From: Candidatus Iainarchaeum sp.
GTDB lineage: Archaea > Iainarchaeota > Iainarchaeia > Iainarchaeales > DTGL01
Length of the DNA stretch: 27,573 nt
Reading direction: 5' to 3'
Assembly (NCBI GenBank): GCA_038736825.1
Contig: JAVYME010000013.1
Location: 1-27,573, forward strand
The position numbers and the translations under genes are program-made. The notes under the pieces were generated by a model, which was given only the letters and a program-made list of their open reading frames with translations, was not told where the DNA came from and did not search any database. Positions 1-7,790 of the stretch are shown here, piece after piece. Every line of letters starts with the position of its first letter. Position 1 is the stretch's first letter.

Positions 1-1
1 G

Positions 2-844
2 CCGCTTTTCTCTCTTTTTTGGGTTAACCTTGCCCTTGGTTCCTTCAATCTCTTTCTTCCAGCGCTTCCACTGGACGGCGGAAGGGTTTTCAGGTCACTG
101 CTTTCTTTTGCTTTTGGCTATTCAAAGGCAACAATTGTTGCCTCAAAAATTGGTTCTTTTATGGGGCTTTTGCTTTTCATTGCCGGACTTATTTCAGGCA
201 ATCTGGTGTTAATGGTTATTGCGGCTTTCATTTTTTTTGGCTCTCGAGAAGAGGGCAGGCTGATAAAAATGAAAGAGCGATTAATGGGGGCAAAGCTTTC
301 AAGTTTTCTCTCTGAAAACCCTCTTTTGGTTGAAAGCAGTGCCACAGTAAAAGAGGCATTTGAAAAAATGCTTTCAGAGAAAAGAACTGAAGCGGTTTCT
401 GAAATAGGAAACGGCAGATTTGCAGTTATTTTATTGGAAGAACTTCAATCCCTTTCTGACAAAAAAAACCAGCCAATTGCCAGTGCACTGGCTGAATCTC
501 CAACAATCCAAATAAATGAAGAGCCAGCCAAGGCTTTTGAAAAAATTGCTTCTTCAGGAAAGCGCGTTCTCCCAGTCCTGGATGGCGCCAAACTGGTTGG
601 CACAATTGACATTGAAAAAATTGAAAAACACGCTGTTATCTTGAGGGCTGATGAATTGCTTGGCATAAAGCCAAGCAATGTCAGTGCGCTCCAGGAAACC
701 AAAACAGTCCAGCAAAATTTAAAAACAGAAAATGAAATCTCTTCAAAGGTAAAGCCAAAAAAGCCGGTTTCAAGAAAAAAGAAAAAACCCAAAGTGAGTT
801 CAAAAGCAAAGAACAAGTCTTTAAAAAAACAAAACCGCAAATAA
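2..844 (+). CDS. Site-2 protease (peptidase M50 family), C-terminal part with tandem CBS domains and Lys-rich tail; 5' end lies outside the window
   Basis: Frame 2 is open from nt 2 and reads ...WVNLALGSFNLFLPALPLDGGRVFRSLL..., the M50 LDGG-type motif. It continues without a stop into the listed 161..844 ORF, so M161 is internal. A TM helix follows, then two CBS-like repeats (VESSATVKEAFEKM..., LPVLDGAKLVGTIDIEKI) and a Lys-rich C-terminus. Confidence 0.8.
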   Translation, partial: PLFSLFWVNLALGSFNLFLPALPLDGGRVFRSLLSFAFGYSKATIVASKIGSFMGLLLFIAGLISGNLVLMVIAAFIFFGSREEGRLIKMKERLMGAKLSSFLSENPLLVESSATVKEAFEKMLSEKRTEAVSEIGNGRFAVILLEELQSLSDKKNQPIASALAESPTIQINEEPAKAFEKIASSGKRVLPVLDGAKLVGTIDIEKIEKHAVILRADELLGIKPSNVSALQETKTVQQNLKTENEISSKVKPKKPVSRKKKKPKVSSKAKNKSLKKQNRK

Positions 845-854
845 TGATAGTTGT

Positions 855-1028
855 GCCGAGGTGGGAGAGTGGTTTAATCCGCCAGCCTCGAGAAGACTTT
901 CTTTTAAAAAAAGAAACTGCTTGAAAAGAAAAATTTCTTTTCAAAAAAATAGTTTATGGTAAGAAAAATTTCCTGCGGGCAAGCTGGTGTGCCTATGGCA
1001 CGCGGGGGTTCGAATCCCTCCCTCGGCG
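855..1028 (+). tRNA. tRNA-Ser (anticodon CGA), class II, interrupted by an intron of about 89 nt (about 893..981)
   Basis: Hand-folded. Acceptor GCCGAGG (855-861) pairs with CCTCGGC (1021-1027), discriminator G1028, no encoded CCA. There is a 3-bp D stem GGA/TCC with a GG-containing loop. Anticodon stem CCAGC (882-886) pairs with GCTGG (983-987). The loop is CTCGAG + A, giving anticodon CGA. The long variable arm is GTGCC-TAT-GGCAC (989-1001). The T arm is GGGGG-TTCGAAT-CCCTC (1004-1020). Confidence 0.85.
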
Positions 1029-1138
1029 CTTTCAAGCAATTTTTTCCTTGAATCTATTCACGGTAAACTGTGTTAGAATTTAGTTAAAACTAATGGTTAA
1101 ATTTTGGGCAGAGCGACTTTTTTTTACTTATGTTGCTT

Positions 1139-2011
1139 TCACATTGATCTCAGTCTTTTCACTCGCTCGGCAATGGGCGGATGGGTTGAAAAGAGATTGT
1201 TCAGGGTGCCCTTGTGGTCTTTTAAAGGGTTTACAATATAAAGGTGGGCTGTAGCCTTGTTGGCTGCCTCTAAAGGCTCTGTGTCTTTTTCAAGTTTTTC
1301 CAAGGCAGAGGCAAGCCCTTCAGGATACCTTGTCAGCATTGCAGCGCTTGCATCTGCAAGGAATTCGCGCTTTCTTGAAATAGCTAGCTGTATGAGTTTG
1401 GCGCATATGGGGGCAAATATTGCCAAAACCAATCCAATGACAATGAATAGAGCGCCGGCTTTGTTGTCGCTTCCATTGCCACGCCAAGAAAATCTCATTA
1501 AATCGCTTAATAATACGATTAAGCCGAGCATTACGGAAACATACATCATGAACCTGATGTCGTAATTGCCTATGTGTGACATTTCGTGCGCTATAACGCC
1601 TTCTAGTTCAACTCGGTTCAGTTTTTTCATTAAGCCAGTGGTTACGCAAATGACAGCGTGTTCTGGGTCTCTGCCGGTTGCAAAGGCGTTGGGGGCAGTG
1701 TCTTCAATGACGTAAATTTTTGGTTTTGGGATTCCTGCGGCTATTGCCAGGCCTTCAACTGTGTTGTCCAAAAAAGTGTGTTCTTCGTGTGTTGCTGGTC
1801 TTGCCTGGCTTATTTTTAGCACTATTGAGTCGGAATAATAATAGGGAGCTATTGTTATGATGGCTACAATTATGCCTATTAAAAGGAAGCCAATTATGCC
1901 GAGCCCGAAAAGTATTGAAAAAACATATGCAAAGAGCACCATTATTAAAAAGAAAAAAATGAACAAGAGGATTGAATCCCTCTTGTTTGAGCTAACGTGT
2001 TCCCAGATCAT
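1139..2011 (-). CDS. htpX: HtpX-type M48 zinc metalloprotease (membrane)
   Basis: Two N-terminal TM helices, the HEMSH zinc motif (GVIAHEMSHIGNYD), further TM helices, and an HtpX-like C-terminus (REFLADASAA...STHPPIAERV). Confidence 0.9.
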   Translation of the reverse strand: MIWEHVSSNKRDSILLFIFFFLIMVLFAYVFSILFGLGIIGFLLIGIIVAIITIAPYYYSDSIVLKISQARPATHEEHTFLDNTVEGLAIAAGIPKPKIYVIEDTAPNAFATGRDPEHAVICVTTGLMKKLNRVELEGVIAHEMSHIGNYDIRFMMYVSVMLGLIVLLSDLMRFSWRGNGSDNKAGALFIVIGLVLAIFAPICAKLIQLAISRKREFLADASAAMLTRYPEGLASALEKLEKDTEPLEAANKATAHLYIVNPLKDHKGTLNNLFSTHPPIAERVKRLRSM

Positions 2012-2028
2012 GTTTTCTTTCCTTTTTT

Positions 2029-2589
2029 TTAAAAGGCCACTTTGGGAACTGCTTTTTCTGTTTCCTCTATTTCAAAGTATTGTTTTTCTGCTTTAAATCC
2101 GAAAATTCCGGCAACAATGTTTGAGGGAAAGCTTTCAAGAGAGTTGTCATAACTCATTACGGCATCGTTGTAGAACTGTCTTGCATAAGCTATTTTTGCC
2201 TCTATTCCTGAAAGCTCTTCCTGCAACATTTCAAAGTTTTTGTTTGCTTTCAGTTCAGGGTATGCTTCTGCAACCGCAAACAGTGATTTTAGGGCGCCAG
2301 TGAGCATGTTTGTTGCTTTTGCCTTTTCATCTATAGTGCCAGCGTTAAGGTATGCTGTTCTTGCCTTTGTAACCATTTCAAAAGTTGTTTTTTCGTGTTT
2401 TGCATAGCCTTTTACTGTTTCAACCAGGTTTGGTACAAGGTCGGCTCTTTTTTTCAATTGCACGTCTATTTGTGACCAAGCATTTTTCACCCTGTTCTTT
2501 TTTGCAACCAGTGAATTGTATACAACAATCAAAAAAATTGCTGCAATTATTGCCAAAACCGCTATTACAATCAGGACAATACTCCACAT
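2029..2589 (-). CDS. lemA: LemA family membrane protein
   Basis: A single N-terminal TM helix followed by the LemA signature region [35 protein letters not shown]. It lies immediately upstream of htpX on the same strand, a common LemA/protease pairing. Confidence 0.9.
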   Translation of the reverse strand: MWSIVLIVIAVLAIIAAIFLIVVYNSLVAKKNRVKNAWSQIDVQLKKRADLVPNLVETVKGYAKHEKTTFEMVTKARTAYLNAGTIDEKAKATNMLTGALKSLFAVAEAYPELKANKNFEMLQEELSGIEAKIAYARQFYNDAVMSYDNSLESFPSNIVAGIFGFKAEKQYFEIEETEKAVPKVAF

Positions 2590-2666
2590 ACAAAAACCAC
2601 CTCTTTAAATGGCGTGCCTTGGATAATAGAATACAATACTGCCTTTTAATTTTTGCTGTTAGGTTT

Positions 2667-4146
2667 TCACTCTATTTTTTGGAAGAGAATGCCTTGTTTT
2701 GATGTTTGCGTGCCTGCTATTGAAAGATCGAAAGCGCATTCCTCTATTCCTTTTATTTGACTTCCAAGCTGTTTAAGGATTTTTTCGCTTGAAGCAGGCA
2801 TGAACGGCCATAACAGTGTTGCTATGATTCTCAGAGAGTCAGCCATTGAATAGAGAATGCTGTTCAATTCTGCGCCCTGTTTTTTCCATGGCTCTTTTTC
2901 GTTCAAAAAAACATTGCAAGCCTTTACAAAGCCCATGGTTTCAGAAAGGGCTAAGTGTAATTCAAATGCTTTCATGTGTGATTTTATTTTGTTCAAGTCA
3001 AGTTTTTCCTTTAATTCTATTGCGGTTTTTCCTTCAGGGATTTTGCCTTCACAATATTTTTCAAGCATTGCCAGTGTGCGGTTGACAAGGTTTCCCAGCT
3101 CGTTTGCGAGCTCGTCATTGTTTCTTTTCTTTAATCCTGCCTCTGAGAAGAAACCGTCTTCCCCAAAGGGAATTTCCCTTATAAGGTAATACCTTACCGC
3201 ATCAATATTGAATTTTTTTGCGAGTTCAAGTGGATTTATCACTGTGCCACGGCTTTTGCTCATTTTTTCGCCTTGCTCTGTGTTGATAAAACCGTGCACA
3301 AGAACTGTTTTTGGAAGCTGAATGCCTGCACTTTCAAGTATGCTCCACCAAATAACCGTGTGATGCCATAATATGTCTTTTCCTATTAAGTGCACGTCTG
3401 CAGGCCAAAACTTTTCAAAGGTTTCATTTGGATAGTCAATGCCGCTTATATAGTTTATGAGGGCATCCATCCACACGTATTGCACGTGTTTTTTGTTTAT
3501 GGGCACTGGCACTCCCCAGTCAAAGCTGGACCTTGAAACGCTCAAGTCCTTTAATTCTCCGGAAAGCCGGTTCTTTATTTCTTCCCTTTTTCCTTTAGGC
3601 CAAATGCAGAAAGGGTTTTCTTCAATGTATTCCAAGAGCCTTTGCTTGTATTTTCCCATCTGGAAAAAATAGGATTCTTCGCTTAAAACCTCGCATTCTT
3701 TTAAGTGAACCGGGCATTTTCCTTGGATTAAATCCTTTTCAGGATAAAAGGTTTCACAGTCAGTGCAATAATAGCCAGAGTATTTTCCAAGGTATATTTC
3801 GCCGTTTTCAAAGATTTTTTGGAAAATATTTTGTGCTACTTTCATGTGTTCTGGTTCTGTGGTGCGAATGAAGCGGTTGTTTGAGATATTCCAGGCTTTG
3901 CACAATTCTTTGAATTTTTCTGCCTTTTCATTCACAAACTCTTGCGGGGTTTTTTTGGCCGCCTTTGCGGCTTTCATTATTTTTTGGCCGTGCTCGTCTG
4001 TGCCTGTAAGGAAAAAAACCTCGTCTCCCAAGAGCCTATGCCAGCGGGCAAGCACGTCTGCGCACAGCTTTTCATAGGCGTGGCCGAAGATGGGGCACAC
4101 TAGACGGATAATCTATTGCCGTAGTGATATAAAACGTTTTTTTCAA
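2667..4146 (-). CDS. metG: Methionyl-tRNA synthetase (short, bacterial-like form), reading frame interrupted by a 1-nt frameshift inside the HIGH motif (about nt 4086)
   Basis: The main ORF 2667..4100 has GHAYEKLCADVLARWHRLLGDEVFFLTGTDEHGQKI, a Zn knuckle (CTDCETF...CPVHLKEC) and KMSKS. The canonical N-terminus (M/L)KKTFYITTAIDYPSSVPHL is encoded in another frame from TTG 4146..4144. That TTG is preceded by GGGGGTGAAG (4160..4151). See the finding. Confidence 0.9.
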
Positions 4147-4175
4147 GCCCCTTCACCCCCTTCAATTTAGGCGGC

Positions 4176-4242
4176 TTAGAACATTTTCTCGTGCTTTTTC
4201 CAAGTCGCTTTTTCTTTTCTCGTGCTTTAAGTAGGGTTCTAA
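4176..4242. repeat. Composite repeat: 7-bp inverted repeat TTAGAAC/GTTCTAA enclosing two 14-bp direct repeats TTTTCTCGTGCTTT
   Basis: The direct repeats lie at 4184..4197 and 4215..4228 (31-bp register). They are flanked by TTAGAAC (4176..4182) and GTTCTAA (4236..4242). The element sits about 30-100 nt upstream of the metG TTG start on the minus strand. Confidence 0.85.
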
Positions 4243-4529
4243 ACGACTAAATAAATTTAGGAGTGAAGTTTTATAATTTATGCTTATCCTCCAGAAATCG
4301 CCAAGGTTGCTTCTGGAATCTCAATCCTGCGCATGCTAATATTGCTCTTTTCCCGCTTTAATTGCCTTTTAGAGAGCTCACTTCCCCTAAGATTTTTAAG
4401 GTGGTTTTCTACTATGCTTACAATGCATCTTGAAAGACAGTTGCCTTATGTAGTGTCAAGTTAGTTTTCCAAACTTTGCAAGCAATTTCACTCCGAAGAA
4501 CAGAATGTTAATCCATTTATCGGTTTTTG

Positions 4530-4576
4530 TGTAATTACTACTTTAATTTCTGTAATTAATTTAATTATTGTAATTT
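4530..4576. repeat. AT-rich tract with three copies of TGTAATT(A/T) at about 20-bp spacing
   Basis: Copies at 4530..4537, 4551..4558 and 4569..4576, within a nearly pure A/T stretch (about 4527..4580) in the 545-bp metG-mcm spacer. Confidence 0.8.
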
Positions 4577-4678
4577 TTTTTCCAGCCGGAAGACTCTCAG
4601 CCTAAAAACTCTCAACACTGCTTGTAAGATTCAGGGGAAGCGAACTCAGGGCGTTTTTTTAATGCCCGAAAACCCAAG

Positions 4679-4688
4679 TATAATTTAA
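4679..4688 (+). promoter_or_regulatory. Candidate TATA box for mcm
   Basis: TATAATTTAA lies about 22-31 nt upstream of ATG 4710. That spacing is compatible with an archaeal TATA-to-TSS distance and a leaderless or near-leaderless mcm mRNA. Confidence 0.35.
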
Positions 4689-4691
4689 GGT

Positions 4692-6815
4692 GTGCTTTGG
4701 GGCGGTATTATGGTTGGAAGGGTTAGGGTTGAATCTCCTGAAAAAGAAAGCCCTTTTGTTGAAAAATTCCAGCAATTCTTTGAATCAGTTTACAAAAAAG
4801 AAATACAGCGGCTAGTGGAAAAATACCCGGAAGAGCGCTCTTTGAACGTTAATTTCAACGACCTTGAAGAATTTGACTTCAAGCTTGCCGAAGACCTCTT
4901 GGAACAACCGGATTTTTTGATTGAAGCGGCTTCACTGGCTGTTAAAAAAATGGAAGTGCCATCGCTTGACATAGAAGAGTTTGCACCGCATGTGCGCTTT
5001 CACTCTCTTCCCGAGGACAAATCGGTTCTTCTCAGAGATATTGGTTCAAGGCATATTGGGAAAATGATTTATGTTGAGGGCGTAATAAAACAGGTAACAG
5101 ATGTGCTGCCAAAACTCAAACTAGCTTCCTGGAAATGCAATCGTTGCGGAAATGTTTACAGGGTTCTCCAAAAAGAATCCGGGCTTGTGCAACCAGCCTT
5201 TTGCGAGTGCAGGCACAGGGATTTTTCTCTAATAGCCGAGGACTCGGATTTTGTAGACTATCAAAAACTCCAAATTCAAGAACCACTGGAACTTCTCAAG
5301 GGAAACGAGCAACCCACCAGCGTGGACGTTTATTTAGCAGACGACCTTGTAAACTTGGTTGCACCAGGCGACAAGATAAAGATTGCCGGCATACTAAGGC
5401 TTTACCCTGCCAAAGAAAACAAAGTTGTCTTTGGAAGATTCATTGAAACAATCCACTTAGAAAAAACAATGCAAGAGTTTGAAGACATAGAGATAAGCAA
5501 GGAAGAAGAGCAAGAAATAAGGGAACTGGCAAAAAAACCAGACATTTATGAAAAACTTATTGCAAGCATTGCGCCAAGCATTTATGGGCATGAAACAGTA
5601 AAGGAAGCAATCGCATTACAATTGTTTGGTGGCGCAAAAAAAGTTTTACCAAACGATCAAACCATAAGAGGCAATATTCACTTGCTCTTGGTTGGAGATC
5701 CAGGCGTTGCAAAATCACAAATGTTAATGGCAACAAACAGTATTGCCCCAAAAAGCATTTATGTTGGCGGAAAAACCACGTCGGCTGTAGGGCTCACGGC
5801 TACTGCAGTCAAGGACGAATTCGGTGAAGGTGGCTGGACTCTAAAAGCAGGCGCGCTTGTGCTAGCAAACGGTGGAATTGCAATGTGTGATGAACTGGAT
5901 AAAATGGATCCAGAGGAAAGAGTGGCATTGCACGAAGCAATGGAGCAAGGCACAATAAGTGTTGCAAAAGCAGGAATTGTCACAAGATTTAAGACAGATA
6001 CAAGCATTCTTGCAGCAGCCAACCCAAAATTTTCCCGCTTCAATCCATACCAGCCATTCATAGAACAACTAAATTTGCCGCCCACACTGATTTCCCGCTT
6101 TGACTTGTTTTTCATGATTCGCGACATATTGGACAGAACAAGTGACACAAAAATAGCATCACACATCCTTAAAACCCACCAAGCAGGAGCAAAATTGTTC
6201 CAAGCAAAAAAAAGAGGAAAAGAACTAAAAAAAGCCGAAATGAAGGAAATAGAGGAAATTGTAATGCCCGCCATTCCAAAAGAACTCTTAAAAAAATACA
6301 TTTCTTTTGCAAGACAAAATGTTTTCCCAACACTCTCAAAAGAAGCCATTCAAACAATAAGCGATTTCTATGTTGACTTGAGAGAGCGAGGCCGACAAGA
6401 AGGCAGTTTTTCTGCAACCCACAGGCAACTTGAAGGCCTTGTAAGAATGGCTGAAGCCTCTGCCAGAGTCAGGTTAAGCGATGTTGTTGAAAAACAGGAC
6501 GCTGAAAGAGCAATAAGGCTTTTGAAAAGCTCTTTGCGCGATGTAGTAACAGACCCAGAAACAGGCAAGATAGACATAGACATTATTGCCACAGGCCAAA
6601 CCCATTCGCAAGCCGAACTTTTAAGAAAAATCCTTGGCATTATATCCGAAAAAGCAGCTGAAACAGATTCAGTGCCATTAAAGGAAGTTTTGGATGCAGC
6701 AGTTGCATCAGGAATTGAAGCTGAAAAAGCCGAAGACGCCATAAAAAAACTGGAAAGAAAAGGCGAAATTTACAGGCCAAGGCATGGCTTTATCAAGCCA
6801 ACAGAAAACAGGTAA
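4692..6815 (+). CDS. mcm: MCM replicative helicase (the ORF track starts at GTG 4692; ATG 4710, MVGRVRVE..., is the more likely start)
   Basis: Zn motif CNRCGNVY...CECRH, Walker A LLVGDPGVAKSQ, Walker B AMCDELDKM, sensor-1 AAANP, Arg finger SRFDL and sensor-2 THRQLEGLVRMAEA. A C-terminal winged-helix-like tail follows. The size is normal, with no intein-sized insertion. Confidence 0.95.
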   Translation: MLWGGIMVGRVRVESPEKESPFVEKFQQFFESVYKKEIQRLVEKYPEERSLNVNFNDLEEFDFKLAEDLLEQPDFLIEAASLAVKKMEVPSLDIEEFAPHVRFHSLPEDKSVLLRDIGSRHIGKMIYVEGVIKQVTDVLPKLKLASWKCNRCGNVYRVLQKESGLVQPAFCECRHRDFSLIAEDSDFVDYQKLQIQEPLELLKGNEQPTSVDVYLADDLVNLVAPGDKIKIAGILRLYPAKENKVVFGRFIETIHLEKTMQEFEDIEISKEEEQEIRELAKKPDIYEKLIASIAPSIYGHETVKEAIALQLFGGAKKVLPNDQTIRGNIHLLLVGDPGVAKSQMLMATNSIAPKSIYVGGKTTSAVGLTATAVKDEFGEGGWTLKAGALVLANGGIAMCDELDKMDPEERVALHEAMEQGTISVAKAGIVTRFKTDTSILAAANPKFSRFNPYQPFIEQLNLPPTLISRFDLFFMIRDILDRTSDTKIASHILKTHQAGAKLFQAKKRGKELKKAEMKEIEEIVMPAIPKELLKKYISFARQNVFPTLSKEAIQTISDFYVDLRERGRQEGSFSATHRQLEGLVRMAEASARVRLSDVVEKQDAERAIRLLKSSLRDVVTDPETGKIDIDIIATGQTHSQAELLRKILGIISEKAAETDSVPLKEVLDAAVASGIEAEKAEDAIKKLERKGEIYRPRHGFIKPTENR

Positions 6816-6832
6816 AAATTGCAATTTTTTTA
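6813..6832. terminator. Candidate bidirectional oligo-T terminator between convergent mcm and the pilus operon
   Basis: TAAAAATTGCAATTTTTTTA: the mcm stop TAA (6813-6815) and the minus-strand stop (complement of 6830-6832) bracket an AT palindrome. It presents a T run on each strand. Confidence 0.35.
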
Positions 6833-7240
6833 AGGCGCGCTTGCAATGTTGACTTGCACTTCACTGGCAACAGAGTAAAAGTTTGCATCAACAAGTTTTT
6901 GCGGCAAGTTTGCAGTGTTAAACTTTGCTTGCAGGGAAGCAAGTTCGGCAGGACTAACATTGCCTACGAGAACAGTTATTGTGTCAGGCACTCCAACACC
7001 GCTTCCTTTTATTGGCCCCTCTATGTCGGCAATATAATAAAATTTTTCTTCTTCGCTTAAAAGCTTTAATGCTTCGCTTTTAACAACAGCAATTTTTCCA
7101 ATTGAGGTTGCGGTTTCAGGCACCAGCCTTAGCATTCCTAAAATAACCAAAAGCGAAAGCGTTGAAATAACAATGAATTCAAATGTTGTTTGGCCTTTGA
7201 TTCCAAAAGGTTTTGCAAGCATTTTTTTCCCTTCAAGCAT
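6830..7240 (-). CDS. Pilin-like protein with class III (type IV prepilin-like) signal peptide
   Basis: The N-terminus is ...KPFGIKG|QTTFEFIVISTLSLLVILGML: a basic residue and Gly, then Gln(+1), Glu(+5) and a hydrophobic helix. It is the last gene of the pilus operon and overlaps the preceding gene by 8 nt. ATG 7222 is an alternative start. Confidence 0.7.
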   Translation of the reverse strand: MLEGKKMLAKPFGIKGQTTFEFIVISTLSLLVILGMLRLVPETATSIGKIAVVKSEALKLLSEEEKFYYIADIEGPIKGSGVGVPDTITVLVGNVSPAELASLQAKFNTANLPQKLVDANFYSVASEVQVNIASAP

Positions 7241-7790
7241 TCCTTACATATACTGTGGTTCCGCTTTTTTCAATAATGATTTTTGCTCTTGGGGTTTGAT
7301 AGCCTATAAGGGTGTTCTTGCAAGGCGCCCCACCGCCAGGCGGGCAAGCGTAAAAGTTGCTGCAATCAAGGGTGATGTCTTGCAATACTGGAATTGAGCC
7401 AGAGCGTCCAATATTATTTCCCTTAAGAGCAGTTATTCCGCCAGTGCAATCCATTCCGCTCGTTCCTGGTGCAGTGGGTTCCCCGAAAATAGCATTGTAA
7501 TCTATTCTTTTGCTTGCTGCATCGCAAATTATTTCAGTGCAGTCTTCTGCAAAAATCCAGACTGTTTTCCTGCTGTCACCTGAAAGCGCTCCAACCTCGT
7601 TTATTGCATTTGCAAGCTTCATTGCTGCAAGTTTTGCCTGCCCTGTTCGGTTCACTTCAAGTATTTTAAAACTGGCTTCATCCACGTTTGGTTGGATCAC
7701 TGAAGTTAAATAGTATAACATTATAAGGAACATGAAAAGGAACTCTATTGAGGTTTGACCTTTTCTGTTCAAACTAAAAGCAAATTCCAA
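7233..7790 (-). CDS. Pilin-like protein with class III signal peptide, Cys-containing globular part
   Basis: The N-terminus is ...NRKG|QTSIEFLFMFLIMLYYL (QxSxE motif). The likely real start is TTG 7772..7770 (MNRKGQ...), which overlaps the peptidase stop as TTGA. Confidence 0.7.
   Translation of the reverse strand: MEFAFSLNRKGQTSIEFLFMFLIMLYYLTSVIQPNVDEASFKILEVNRTGQAKLAAMKLANAINEVGALSGDSRKTVWIFAEDCTEIICDAASKRIDYNAIFGEPTAPGTSGMDCTGGITALKGNNIGRSGSIPVLQDITLDCSNFYACPPGGGAPCKNTLIGYQTPRAKIIIEKSGTTVYVRNA

Noticed and set aside
30-212. 60-aa ORF at the window start
   Set aside because: It is out of frame with the M50 protease reading frame, which is open from nt 2 and carries the LDGG motif. It is an overlapping-frame artefact.
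681-944. 87-aa minus-strand ORF overlapping the protease tail and the tRNA-Ser gene
   Set aside because: It overlaps a well-folding tRNA and the antisense of a real CDS, and its translation is low-complexity and Phe/Lys-rich.
4147-4260. T-box or riboswitch-like leader upstream of bacterial-type metG
   Set aside because: No T-box consensus (AGGGUGGNACCGCG-like) or specifier-loop architecture is visible, and T-boxes are not known in archaea. Only the generic repeat/hairpin observation is retained.
4692-6815. Inteins in mcm (and in rfcS at 20512..21474)
   Set aside because: Both proteins have normal lengths with contiguous Walker A/B and sensor motifs. There is no Cys/Ser...HN intein-type insertion.
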